From NCBI GenBank assembly GCA_950097015.1, contig CATNEN010000003.1, positions 7,192,001 through 7,256,000 of the forward strand: a stretch of DNA of 64,000 bases, in the 5' to 3' direction. The stretch's first letter is position 1, and every line of letters begins with the position of its first letter. The notes under the pieces are model-generated. The model did not search any database. It had not been told where the DNA came from and saw only the letters and a list, made by a program, of their open reading frames with translations. Positions 30,520-43,445 of the stretch are shown piece by piece. The DNA is from Macrostomum hystrix (Eukaryota > Animalia > Platyhelminthes). The position numbers and the translations under genes are program-made.

Positions 30520-33500
30520 GATTTAGGATTGATATATAAGATTCTGTGCATTTAGGATTGGGATCTAAGAGATTCTATGAATTCAGGATTGGGATCTAAG
30601 AGATTCTATGAATTTAGGATTGGGATCTAAGAGATTCTATGAATTTAGGATTGGGATCTAAGAGATTCTCTGAATTTAGCATTGGGATCTAAGAGATTCT
30701 GTGAATTTAGGATTGGGATCTAAGAGATTCTGTGAATTTAGGATTGGGATCTAAGAGATCCCATGAATTTAGGATTGGGATCTAAGAGATTCTATGAATT
30801 TAGGATTGGGATCTAAGAGATTCTATGAATTTAGGATTGGGATATAAGAGATTCTATGAATTTAGGATTGGGATCTAAGAGATTCTGTGAATTTAGGATT
30901 GGGATTCAAGAGATTCTATGAATTTATGATTGGGATCTAAGAGATTCTATGAATTTAGGATTGGGATCTAAGAGATTCTGTGAATTTAGGATTGGGATAC
31001 AAGAGATTCTATGAATTTATGATTGGGATCTCAGAGATTCTATGAATTTAGGATTGGGATCTAAGAGATTCTGTGAATTTAGGATTGGGATCTAAGAGAT
31101 TCTGTGAATTTAGGATTGGGATCTAAGAGATCTCATGAATTTAGGATTGGGATCTAAGAGATTCTATGAATTTAGGATTGGGATATAAGAGATTCTATGA
31201 ATTTAGGATTGGGATATAAGAGATTCTATGAATTTAGGATTGGGATCTAAAAGATTCTGTGAATTTAGGATTGGGATTCAAGAGATTCTATGAACTTAGG
31301 ATTGGAATCTAAGAGATTCTGTGAATTTAGCATTGGGATCTAAGAGATTCTGTGAATTTAGGATTGGGATCTAAGAGATTCTGTGAATTTAGGATTGGGA
31401 TCTAAGAGATTCTGTGAATTTAGGATTGGGATCTAAGAGATTCTGTGAATTTAGGATTGGGATCTAAGAGATTCTATGAATTTAGGATTGGGATCTAAGA
31501 GATTCTATGAATTTAGGATTGGGATCTAAGAGATTCTGTGAATTTAGGATTGGGATCTAAGAGATTCTATGAATTTAGGATTGTGATATAAGAGATTCTG
31601 TGAATTTAGGATTGGGATCTAAGAGATTCTATGAATTTAGGATTGGGATATAAGAGATTCTCTGAATTTAGCATTGGGATCTAAGAGATTCTGTGAATTT
31701 AGGATTGGGATCTAAGAGATTCTGTGAATTTAGGATTGGGATCTAAGAGATTCTATGAATTTAGGATTGGGATCTAAGAGATTCAATGAATTTAGGATTG
31801 GGATCTAAGAGATTCTGTGAATTTAGGATTGGGATCTAAGAGATTCAATGAATTTAGGATTGGGATCTAAGAGATTCTATGAGATTAGGATTGGGATCTC
31901 AGAGATTCAATGAATTTAGGATTGGGATATAAGAGATTCTATGAATTTAGCATTGGGATCTAAGAGATTCAATGAACTTAGGATTGGGATATAAGAGATT
32001 CTATGAATTTAGGATTGGGATCTAAGAGATTCTGTGAATTTAGGATTGGGATCTAAGAGATTCTGTGAATTTAGGATTGGGATCTAAGAGATTCTATGAA
32101 TTTAGGATTGGGATCTATGAGATTCTATGAATTTAGGATTGGGATATAAGAGATTCTATGAATTTAGGATTGGGATCTAAGAGATTCTGTGAATTTAGGA
32201 TTGGGATCTAAGAGATTCTGTGAATTTAGGATTGGGATCTAAGAGATTCTATGAATTTAGCATTGGGATCTAAGAGATTCTATGAATTTAGGATTGGGAT
32301 ATAAGAGATTCTATGAATTTAGGATTGGGATCTAAGAGATCCCATGAATTTAGGATTGGGATTCAAGAGATTCTATGAATTTAGGATTGGGATCTAAGAG
32401 ATTCAATGAATTTAGGATTGGGATCTAAGAGATTCTATGAGATTAGGATTGGGATCTCAGAGATTCAATGAACTTAGGATTGGGATCTAAGAGATTCTGT
32501 GAATTTAGCATTGGGATATAAGAGATTCTGTGAATTTAGGATTGGGATCTAGGAGATTCTATGAATTTAGCATTGGGATCTAAGAGATTCCATGAACTTA
32601 GGATTGGGATCTAAGAGATTCAATGAACTTAGGATTGGAATCTAAGAGATTCTGTGAATTTAGCATTGGGATCTAAGAGATTCTGTGAATTTAGGATTGG
32701 GATCTAGGAGATTCTATGAATTTAGGATTGGGATCTAAGAGATTCTATGAATTTAGGATTGGGATCTAAGAGATTCTGTGAATTTAGGATTGGGATCTAG
32801 GAGATTCTATGAATTTAGGATTGGGATCTAAGAGATTCTATGAATTTAGCATTGGGATATAAGAGATTCTGTGAATTTAGGATTGGGATCTAGGAGATTC
32901 TATGAATTTAGCATTGGGATCTAAGAGATTCCATGAACTTAGGATTGGGATCTAAGAGATTCAATGAACTTAGGATTGGAATCTAAGAGATTCTGTGAAT
33001 TTAGGATTGGGATCTAGGAGATTCTATGAATTTAGGATTGGGATCTAAGAGATTCTATGAATTTAGGATTGGGATCTAAGAGATTCTGTGAATTTAGGAT
33101 TGGGATCTAGGAGATTCTATGAATTTAGGATTGGGATCTAAGAGATTCTATGAATTTAGGATTGGGATCTAAGAGATTCTGTGAATTTAGGATTGGGATC
33201 TAAGAGATTCTGTGAATTTAGGATTGGGATCTAAGAGATTCTATGAGATTAGGATTGGGATCTCAGAGATTCAATGAACTTAGGATTGGGATCTAAGAGA
33301 TTCTGTGAATTTAGCATTGGGATCTAAGAGATTCTGTGAATTTAGGATTGGGATCTAGGAGATTCTATGAATTTAGCATTGGGATCTAAGAGATTCCATG
33401 AACTTAGGATTGGGATCTAAGAGATTCAATGAACTTAGGATTGGAATCTAAGAGATTCTGTGAATTTAGCATTGGGATCTAAGAGATTCTGTGAATTTAG

Positions 33501-33738
33501 GATTGGGATCTAGGAGATTCTATGAATTTAGGTTTGGGATCTAAGAGATTCTATGAATTTAGGATTGGGATCTAAGAGATTCTGTGAATTTAGGATTGGG
33601 ATCTAGGAGATTCTATGAATTTAGGATTGGGATCTAAGAGATTCTATGAATTTAGGATTGGGATCTAAGAGATTCTGTGAATTTAGGATTGGGATCTAAG
33701 AGATTCTGTGAATTTAGGATTGGGATCTAAGAGATTCT
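30520..33738. repeat. 31-bp satellite, long array (~100 units), inside the Helitron
   Basis: Directly visible; period 31. Confidence 0.97.
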
Positions 33739-34063
33739 GTGAGTTTAGGATTGGGATCTGTTATGCTCAGTTCTGTTATGCCACAAACACAATTTAGCTA
33801 AGCAACGATCTCAGTTCTGTTATGCAATGAACCCAATTTAGCTAATCATTTTGCCTAGGTAATCCCTGATCTCAATTCCATTATGATCCCATCTAATTTG
33901 AATTTATTAGGTGAATAAAGCAGGATTTGCCTGATATGTCTCAGCGGGCCATTTACATATCAGGATAAACTACTTGTGATCACTATTAAACACAGATACC
34001 AATGCGACACTCACAGACAAAATGACACAAGTAATACTCACTTCAATGACGCCTGGAAATCGC

Positions 34064-37000
34064 CTAATCTCCAGTGAGCACTTCTGGATACACCACGTTT
34101 CTGGTCTTGGTGCCACAGATCCGGACGCGAACATTCGCGGCGTTCTTCGCCCGTGACAGCGCCGTGTACAGCTGACCATGAGTGAAGCAACCGACAGCCA
34201 GGTCAACTCCAACGGTCTCCAGGGATTGTCCTTGTGCTTTGTGTATTGTAAGGCAGAAGCTCGGCTTCACCGGAAACTGCAGCCGCTTGAAACTCACTGG
34301 TAGATCCGCATTGTTTGGAATCAGCGGAATTCGCGGCAGCAGGATCTCGTCTCCAGTGAACTGACCGGCGGCAATCTTGCAGCGCAGCACATTATCGCCC
34401 ATCGTGAGAACGATGAGCCGTGTACCGTTGCACAGCCGCGGCGGGTTGATATTCCGAAGAAGCACCAGCGGCATGCCCACCTTGATCCTGAGCAGATAAG
34501 TTGGAAAATTCGGGGCATCCAGCTGGTTTAGCAACTCCGTCGGGAAATGCGTAGCGGCCTCCTCATCAGCCAGGCTGTCTACAGAGCGATACTCTCGCAG
34601 GCAACCCGGGAAAATGCCCAGACACGTCTCGTTGATGGCATCAACAGAGTCGTTGTACGGCGCCAGTATCGCTCGACTTGCAAAATAGTCGTCCCGCTCC
34701 GCTGATTCTTCAAACGACGGGTACACGAACTTGATCAGGTCATTCAGCGGAGCCTCTGCAGAAATCACCATCTCAGCGGGAAGGGACACCTTCTCCTCAG
34801 CATCCTGCTCGATTGTCCCGGTTCCGATCTGTGAAAAGAAAAGCAATAAAAACATGAAACATAATATTCGCAATGATTCGCGAGAAAAAATGATTTTTAC
34901 ACCCCATTCTCACCTGCATGAGTAGCTCCGTGAACTTCTGGTACATCGCTGGCTCGGAGCTGCACAGCAGACGAATGTTTCTCGTCAAGCGATGTCGCTT
35001 GAAAAGTTTCCACAGCGAAGATCTGCAGACACACGCCATGACGCTGTTGGCGCGGGTTCCATTCACTACGACAGGCAGGAGCTGGCGGAAGTCACCGGAA
35101 CACACCAGAGTGACTCCTCCAAATGGCTTGTCCTGCTTCCGAACGTCTCGCAGACACCTGTCCACGGATTCCAGATCCTTTCGATTGGTCATGGAGATCT
35201 CGTCCCAGACAATCAGCCGAACTCTACGAAACACTTCCGCTTGCTTGGACTGCGCGCCAACAGCGCAGACATCCTTGTTGGATCGGAGCAGCCGGACTGG
35301 GATCTTGAACCTAGAGTGAAGTTGTCATAGGTAGAATCGATTAGAAACGCGACTCTATAAAATTCAGAAGCATTCCCCTAATCTAAAAAACTTACGTGGA
35401 ATGCGCAGTCTGTCCGCCTGGCAGCAGAGTCGCTGCGATTCCAGACGCCGCAACGGCCAGGGCGAGTTCACCGCGGCTGCGCACGAAGGCCAGCAAAACC
35501 TCCAGCAGGAAGGTCTTGCCAGTGCCAGCGGGCGCGTCCAGGAAGTGCAAACCGCCCGAGCCGGCCACAAGATCCGCAGTCACCGACTCGTACACCGCAA
35601 TCTGCTCCTCCGTCAGCATTGACAGTCTCGCTTCCCGGATCTCGGCCTGTTCAACCGGGTCGAACTGCATCGGTCCGACTTGAGGCGGCACGGAGGCCGC
35701 AGGCAAGCCGTACTCGGGCAGGCTGTGACCGCCCATGGAGGTCAGCATGCTCTGCAGCTCGCGCAGCGCCAGGTCGGTGATTTCCTCAGCGCTCAGATCT
35801 CGGTGGTGAAACCGCAGGTCCTCGCACAGATCCTCGGCGAATGTGCACCACAGATCGCTGCCATCCTCAGGGTTGCCCCAAATCAGAATGACAGCCAGCA
35901 GGTGCCTGAGAGCTCTCGGCATTCGCGACTGGACTGCCTCGGCTAGGCAGCGCCGCCAGTGGTCGTCTCGTTGCAGCAGACCCAGGGCCGTGCAAGCAGC
36001 CTTGGCGCTGGGACACAGCACTCCGTCCACAGTGTGCAGCGCCTCGAAGCTGGTTGGCCCTCTAACCTGCAGGAGGAGCATTCGCATATAAAACAGATCC
36101 CCTGCTCTCGGACTCACCGTGTACATTCGGGCAATGTTCGTGTTGTGCACAACACCAGGGTGGCCCTCAACTCTCGAACCCTTCTTGGCGCGGCGCCACT
36201 CCCTCTCGCTGTGGTGCCACACGAAGTAGGACGGCACCTCGGTGTACACCAGGCCTCTAGCGAATTCATCAGTGCGGCACAGCTTGAAGAAAGCCGTCAG
36301 CGTCGAATCTCTGGGCGCCCTGGCCTTTGTGCTCGCATTTTGCTCGTTGAAATACACGAGCTGCTCGTTAGACTTGTGCACGCACAATCGGATCACAGCC
36401 GGAAATCTGTTGTGCACCTGTTGTGTTTTAGTTTAAAAACCAAATTATTATTTTCCCATTCTTTGCTCCTAGCACTGCCTTGCAAACATCTATGACTTAC
36501 TTCAAAGCCCAAGATGGTATTCACGGCTTCCATTGGGCCTATGTAGCGCGCCAGCAGATACTCCTTGATCTCATTTCGCCCCTCCTTCTTGGCTTGAGTC
36601 GGAGCCTTGCTAGCTGAACCTTCCTGTCGTTCGCCATCCGCAGCCTGCTCTCCTGGCCCGCTCGGCTTCTTGTTTGCCTCGAACTTGAACGACGCCATGT
36701 CGCCGCCTTTTAGCAAGTACTTGATCACGTACTTGACCGACTTGACGGTGGCACAAACTTCAAAGTTCATGTGGCATTCGAAAAGGAGCAGCAGGCCCGG
36801 GTTGTATGGTACAACCCACCTGTATTTGTGCCAGGAAAAGAATTGCTAATTAATGATTTATGTATTCTAGCAATGGTAAATTAAACTTACAGTAAATAAA
36901 CAATTTAGCAATATAAATAAACTAAACACAAGGCTAAACTAAGTACTTTGCTTTCGTATTAAAGAATCAACCTTTCAATCAAGTCTGAAAAAACACCAAC

Positions 37001-40000
37001 ACCTCCTCACTCACCTGTTGTCCATGCGAATGCTGCGGCCTTTGAATAGTTTGTCCACCGTGAATCCGCCCATCTCAGGGGACAGCCTGCGATACAATGG
37101 GTAGCCAGTATCGCTGGTTAGGGTCGCCTGCTGGAACTCCTTCGGGAAGCCCTTGCTGCACTGGCCGTCCACCATGCACGGGCAGGCTGGATTTACCACG
37201 CCGCAGGGGCCATGGATCATGTGAGTCTTCACCAGCTCGTGCAGCCTCGGCTGCTGCTGTGGGTCCGGGATCTCAGCGGACACGATTTTGTCGTAGCGGT
37301 CCGGAGTCACTCTCTGTCCACTGACCAGCCAGAGCAGAAAGTGCACATGGGGGAGACCTGCGGAAGACATAAATAAATAAGTGATTCAAAGCAACGTATG
37401 ATTGCGAAATCCCTTGCATAAAAATATGGATAGCTAAACCTGGAATGTATAGCAATGCAATCCTTGAACTCAAAAGTCTGTAATTACAGAAAGAAAATTG
37501 AAACCGCAAATCGCTCACTTACCGCGCTTCTGATACTCCAGAGAGCAAACATGTGCGGCCTCCTTTCCAAAGCGCTTCCTCAGCTCGGCAAGCAGAGCCT
37601 TCTTCTTCAGCTCGAAAACGCGCGTGACAATATCCGGCCGGTCCTCAGGTCGCTGTCCAGGTAGCAGCTGTGCGCTGATTTCCGTCCACTTAGGGTTGCA
37701 CGTCGCCGTGACAAACAGGTCCGGCTTGCCAAACTTTTGTACGTAGGTCATGGCGTCTTGCAGCCTCTCCATCAGGTACCTTGGCCCGCCAACGAAGCTG
37801 GAGGACAGGAATACGTGCGCAGGCTTGCCAATATCAGTCGGATTTGTGTCGGTCGACCTGCCATCAGCAGCGAATAGAGCGTCTCGCAGACCGCTGTACG
37901 TCTCACTGCGCAGGTCGCTCTGATGGGTCCGCAGATAGAGCAGCCTCTCTGACTCAATCTTGGCGCACATATCCACCAGGTACTGCTGGAACAGCCTCCG
38001 TCCGTAGTGCAGCAAGCTGCTCTGGCCAGCTCGCACCATGATTTCGCTGGCATAGTACTTCATCGGCGTCAGCTTGCGGCCATTGCTCATGCGCAGCTCA
38101 GGGTGCCAGCCGTCCTCGCCATGGGGGAACAGCAACACGTACTCCAGTGCATCATACGATCGGTGCGTTTTGCTAATCCTCTTGTAGCCGCCACCCCGCA
38201 GTTGAATGACAACATCTCGGCTAGTTGCTGGCTCATCACCGTCTTCAGGGGCCTCAGTATCCTCAGTGTCCTTAACAATGAGGATGCCGACCTCGTTTGC
38301 CGTGGGCAAATTGTAGCGCCTGATTTTGAACGGTAGTAACAAATGCTTTTAACAAAACTCTTTACAACGGTAAACATTTCTGTGTACACAGGCACAAAGC
38401 TTTAAAAGACAGGTTTTAAAATGTGTTCGAATCCCTTTTCAGTTATTGTTAGCTCACCGAATGTGTTCCCCAGAAGGCCTCCGGTCCGGGTGAATCACGA
38501 TTCGCGCATCCACAAGCTCCGGATCCTCCATGATCCGCTGTGCTGCAGCCTTCAGGCTCCGAACGTAAAGGTTGCACTCGTGAAGCAACGTCTGTAGCAG
38601 CTCATGTAGCTCTGGCTTCACCCTATCGCTCAGACTCTGCTGGCTTTCGAGTTCGCGGTCAGTGAAGTACACCTGCCAGCCGCGAGGAACAGCAGACGCT
38701 TCAGCAAACAGCGGCATAGCAGTGTGGTGCAGCTGACCGCTGATGATGTAGCTGGGATTCCAGCCTGGCACCAACCGCGGCTTGGCACTCAGCGAGGTCA
38801 GGTGCAGCACAGAGTTGTAGCTCCGGATGTTGGTCAGGAACTCTGAGCTCATGCCATGCCGGCCCATGTACAGGTCAGCCAGCAGCTGTGGCACAGTCCG
38901 GGTGGGCAGCTTCACCTTGCCGCCAGCACAGCAGAAATTGCCCGTCTCCATGCGGAACAGCTTGGCACCGCAATGGTTGCATGCCCAGTCCATTGGCCCG
39001 CAGTCATGGGCTGGGGCTTCTGGCCTCGCCATCGTCTCAGGCCTGATAAAAAATGGAATGTATCTCTTAGTAACTGTTAAATGTAAATGTAACTGTTAAT
39101 TGTGTGTCAGTTTACCTTGCAGTAGCGGGTCCGTCTTCAGCGCGGCCCGCAGTCTCATGTTCCGCCGGCATCGCGCTGGGGCCCTTGGCCTTTTTGGTCT
39201 TCTTGGCAGGAGTTCTGCTTGCTGCCAGGCTTGGGAACTCAGCATCTGTAAAGGCTTGCAAAGGCTCTCGAAGTCTCAGTGACTCGTAATGTTCATGGCG
39301 CAAAAGCACACGCACAATGGCATTAGGAGGGCGCAAATTAGCCCTGAAATATTGCATCACACTACCATTGGCCTGGTAAATGACCAGGTCCACATTAAAG
39401 CAGCGGCTCAACAAAGAGGCAACTTCATCTGAAACATAAATTCCTGCTTGAAAAGAGGAATTCACGATCTCATCAGCACTTTCAGGTGCAATAAGGCCAT
39501 CTGCAACCAGCTGTGGCATGAGTTCTGCAACACGGCAAGACAAGTCCTGCCGCAGGGAGGCTGCGTCAGTTTCCAGCGGGGTTCCACGCAGCTGATCACA
39601 CACAGCATAAAAAAAGCAATTGCCATCACCAACAATGGGGATTACCTGCAACTGCTCAAAGGGTACAATAGATTCTGTACCTTGCTGCTGAGTGTCCGAC
39701 CTAAGGGGCAATGGGTGAACGTAAGCACAGCTGCCTTAATTGGCTTTTTAAGACAATTCATTCCTCAAAAATCGCTGTCCGCTTAATTTATACAGAATAA
39801 AATGGATACTACAAATTATCCCCTTCAAGGCAATTCAGAAAAAAAAGAAAAATAAAGACTTGTTATAAAACGGCCATAAAACTCACCTAGAAACCACAGC
39901 TCCACGGCGACGAATGCGATCGGCTTCCAATCGGGCAGCCTGCTCTGCCTCAGTCTCAGCATGTCTGCGCTGAGCATCCCGCTGCCGCTGTTCTTCCAGT

Positions 40001-40641
40001 CGGGCAGCCCGCTCTGCCTCAGTCTCAGCATGTCTGCACTGAGCATTCCGCTGCCGCTGTTCTTCCAGTCGGGCAGCCCGCTCTGCCTCAGTCTCAGCAT
40101 GTCTGCACTGAGCATTCCGCTGCCGCTGTTCTTCCAGTCGGGCAGCCCGCTCTGCCTCAGTCTCAGCATGTCTGCACTGAGCATTCCGCTGCCGCTGTTC
40201 TTCCAGTCGGGCAGCCCGCTCTGCCTCAGTCTCAGCATGTCTGCACTGAGCATTCCGCTGCCGCTGTTCTTCCAGTCGGGCAGCCCGCTCTGCCTCAGTC
40301 TCAGCATGTCTGCACTGAGCATTCCGCTGCCGCTGTTCTTCCAGTCGGGCAGCCCGCTCTGCCTCAGTCTCAGCATGTCTGCACTGAGCATTCCGCTGCC
40401 GCTGTTCTTCCAGTCGGGCAGCCCGCTCTGCCTCAGTCTCAGCATGTCTGCACTGAGCATTCCGCTGCCGCTGTTCTTCCAGTCGGGCAGCCTGCTCTGC
40501 CTCAGTCTCAGCATGTCTGCACTGAGCATTCCGCTGCCGCTGTTCTTCCAGTCGGGCAGCCCGCTCTGCCTCGGATTCTGCCTGTCGCCGTCGCTTGGCA
40601 TCGCGGCTCTTCTTTAAACTGCTGGCGCCGCGTCGAACCAT
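34064..40641 (-). CDS. Helitron RepHel transposase: STPR-like repeats, OTU protease, Zn finger, Rep (HUH/Y2), PIF1 helicase; ~1855 aa, 9 exons
   Basis: Exons 40641-39887, 39700-39116, 39042-38458, 38319-37523, 37357-37015, 36819-36501, 36417-35396, 35310-34914, 34828-34064 (5568 nt, all GT-AG, in phase, no stops). Motifs: GDGNCFF...HY (OTU), CNHCGA...FCC, PDLFVTATCNPKW, EYQKRGLPHVH (HUH), KYVIKY (Y2), DAPAGTGKT, WDEISM, GDFRQLLPV, TIHKAQGQS, HGQLYTALSR. Confidence 0.95.
39940..40578 (-). repeat. 69-bp coding tandem repeat (23-aa ETEAERAARLEEQRQRNAQCRHA, 9 copies plus a partial)
   Basis: Visible in exon 1 of RepHel. Confidence 0.95.
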
Positions 40642-41129
40642 GATTGAGAAATGAGAAGCGAAATGAAATAGTTGAGAAAGAATGATATGGTTTGAAAGAT
40701 GAAAGTTTGTGGATTTGGATGTCTGAAGAATCAGATAAGGCGCCCTTTAGCCAAACTAATTTGCAGGCTATTTATCATCCAGTGGGCTGAATTGGAGCTT
40801 ATCTTAAGACGCAGGGTAAAAACTGAAAAATCGATAAAGAAATAGGGGTCTAAATCTAAAACCTATGATTTGGCGTGTGGGCTCTCCAGGCCCGTGCGTC
40901 CACATTCCGGGGCAGAGGGCTCACAATGTACACTGGTCTGCGCCAGTCAGTGAGAAAAGCTGTGATGTGTCTCGCCAGTGGGGTTGACACAGTTATCTAG
41001 TTATCTACATTTGACACACTGCAATTCTTATCAGTGTTATAACCAGTATCACTGATATCAGTGATATCATCAATATCAGTGATAATCAGTATCACTTTTA
41101 ACAAAACTGGCTTTGGAAAACTGCTTTTG

Positions 41130-43445
41130 CCATTATTCAAACTCTGGTTGGCTATGATTCAAACTCTGGTTGGCTATGATTCAAGCTCTGGTTTAGCCAT
41201 GATTCAAACTCTGGTTTAGCCATGATTCAAACTCTGGTTTAGCCATGATTCAAACTCTGGTTTAGCCATGATTCAAACTCTGGTTTAGCCATGATTCGGA
41301 CTCTGGTTTAGCCATGATTCAAACTCTGGTTTAGCCATGATTCGGACTCTGGTTTAGCCATGATTCAAACTCTGGTTTAGCCATGATTCAAACTCTGGTT
41401 TAGCCATGATTCAAGCTCTGCTTTAGCTATGATTCAGACGCTGGTTTAGCCATGATTCAGACTATGGTTTAGCCATGATTCATACTATGGTTTAGCCATA
41501 ATTTAGACTCTGGTTTAGCCATGATTCAAACTCTGGTTTTGCAATGATTCAAGCTCTGGTTTAGCCATGATTCAAACTCTGGTTTAGCCATGATTAAGAC
41601 TCTGGTTTATCCATGATTCGGACTCTGGTTTAGCCATGATTCAAACTCTGGTTTAGCCATGATTCAAACTCTGGTTTAGCCATGATTCAAACTCTGGTTT
41701 AGCCATGATTCAAACTCTGCTTTAGCCATGATTCAAACTCTGGTTTAGCCATGATTCAGACGCTGGTTTAGCCATGATTCAAACGCTGGTTTAGCCATGA
41801 TTCAAACTCTGGTTTAGCCATGATTCAAACTCTGGTTTAGCCATGATTCAGACTCTGGTTTAGCCATGATTCGGACTCTGGTTTAGCCATGATTCAAACT
41901 CTGGTTTAGCCATGATTCAAACTCTGGTTTAGCCATGATTCAAACTCTGGTTTAGCCATGATTCAAACTCTGGTTTAGCCATGATTCAAACTCTGGTTTA
42001 GCCATGATTCAAACTCTGGTTTAGCCATGATTCAAACTCTGGTTTAGCCATGATTCAAACTCTGGTTTAGCCATGATTCAGACTCTGGTTTAGCCATGAT
42101 TCAAACTCTGGTTTAGCCATGATTCGGACTCTGGTTTAGCCATGATTCAAACTCTGGTTTAGCCATGATTCGGACTCTGGTTTAGCCATGATTCAAACTC
42201 TGGTTTAGCCATGATTCAAACTCTGGTTTAGCCATGATTCAAGCTCTGCTTTAGCTATGATTCAGACGCTGGTTTAGCCATGATTCAGACTATGGTTTAG
42301 CCATGATTCATACTATGGTTTAGCCATAATTTAGACTCTGGTTTAGCCATGATTCAAACTCTGGTTTAGCCATGATTCAAACTCTGGTTTAGCCATGATT
42401 CAAACTCTGGTTTAGCCATGATTCAAACTCTGGTTTAGCCATGATTCAAACTCTGGTTTAGCCATGATTCGGACTCTGGTTTAGCCATGATTCAAACTCT
42501 GGTTTAGCCATGATTCGGACTCTGGTTTAGCCATGATTCAAACTCTGGTTTAGCCATGATTCAAACTCTGGTTTAGCCATGATTCAAGCTCTGCTTTAGC
42601 TATGATTCAGACGCTGGTTTAGCCATGATTCAGACTATGGTTTAGCCATGATTCATACTATGGTTTAGCCATAATTTAGACTCTGGTTTAGCCATGATTC
42701 AAACTCTGGTTTAGCCATGATTCAAACTCTGGTTTAGCCATGATTCAAACTCTGGTTTAGCCATGATTCAAACTCTGGTTTAGCCATGATTCAAACTCTG
42801 GTTTAGCCATGATTCGGATTCTGGTTTAGCCATGATTCGGACTCTGGTTTAGCCATGATTCAGACTCTGGTTTAGCCATGATTCGGACTCTGGTTTAGCC
42901 ATGATTCAAACTCTGGTTTAGCCATGATTCAAACTCTGGTTTAGCCATGATTCAAACTCTGGTTTAGCCATGATTCAAACTCTGGTTTAGCCATGATTCA
43001 AACTCTGGTTTAGCCATGATTCAAACTCTGGTTTAGCCATGATTCAAACTCTGGTTTAGCCATGATTCAAACTCTGGTTTAGCCATGATTCGGACTCTGG
43101 TTTAGCCATGATTCAAACTCTGCTTTAGCCATGATTCAGACGCTGGTTTAGCCATGATTCAGACGCTGGTTTAGCCATGATTCAAACGCTGGTTTAGCCA
43201 TGATTCAAGCTCTGGTTTAGCCACGATTCAAACTCTAGTTTAGCCATGATTCAAACTCTGGTTTTGCCATGATTCAGACTCCGGTTTAGCCATGATTCAG
43301 ACTCCAGTTTTGCCATGATTCAGACTCTGGTTTAGCCATGATTCAGACTCTGGTTTAGCCATGATTCAGACTCTGGTTTAGCCATGATTCAAACTCTGGT
43401 TTAGCCATGATTCAGACTATGGTTTAGCCATGATTCAAACTCAGG
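41130..43445. repeat. 23-bp satellite (AGCCATGATTCAAACTCTGGTTT)n, ~100 units, inside the Helitron
   Basis: Period 23; a variant block recurs at ~41413, ~42241 and ~42586, indicating higher-order duplication. Confidence 0.97.

Noticed and set aside
30520-33738. TTAGG-containing array read as a telomeric repeat
   Set aside because: The unit is a complex 31-mer internal to the Helitron, not a (TTAGG)n or (TTAGGG)n run.
39825-40617. Alternative-frame repeat ORFs over RepHel exon 1
   Set aside because: Shadows of the 69-bp repeat; only the 40641 frame splices in phase to the OTU exon.
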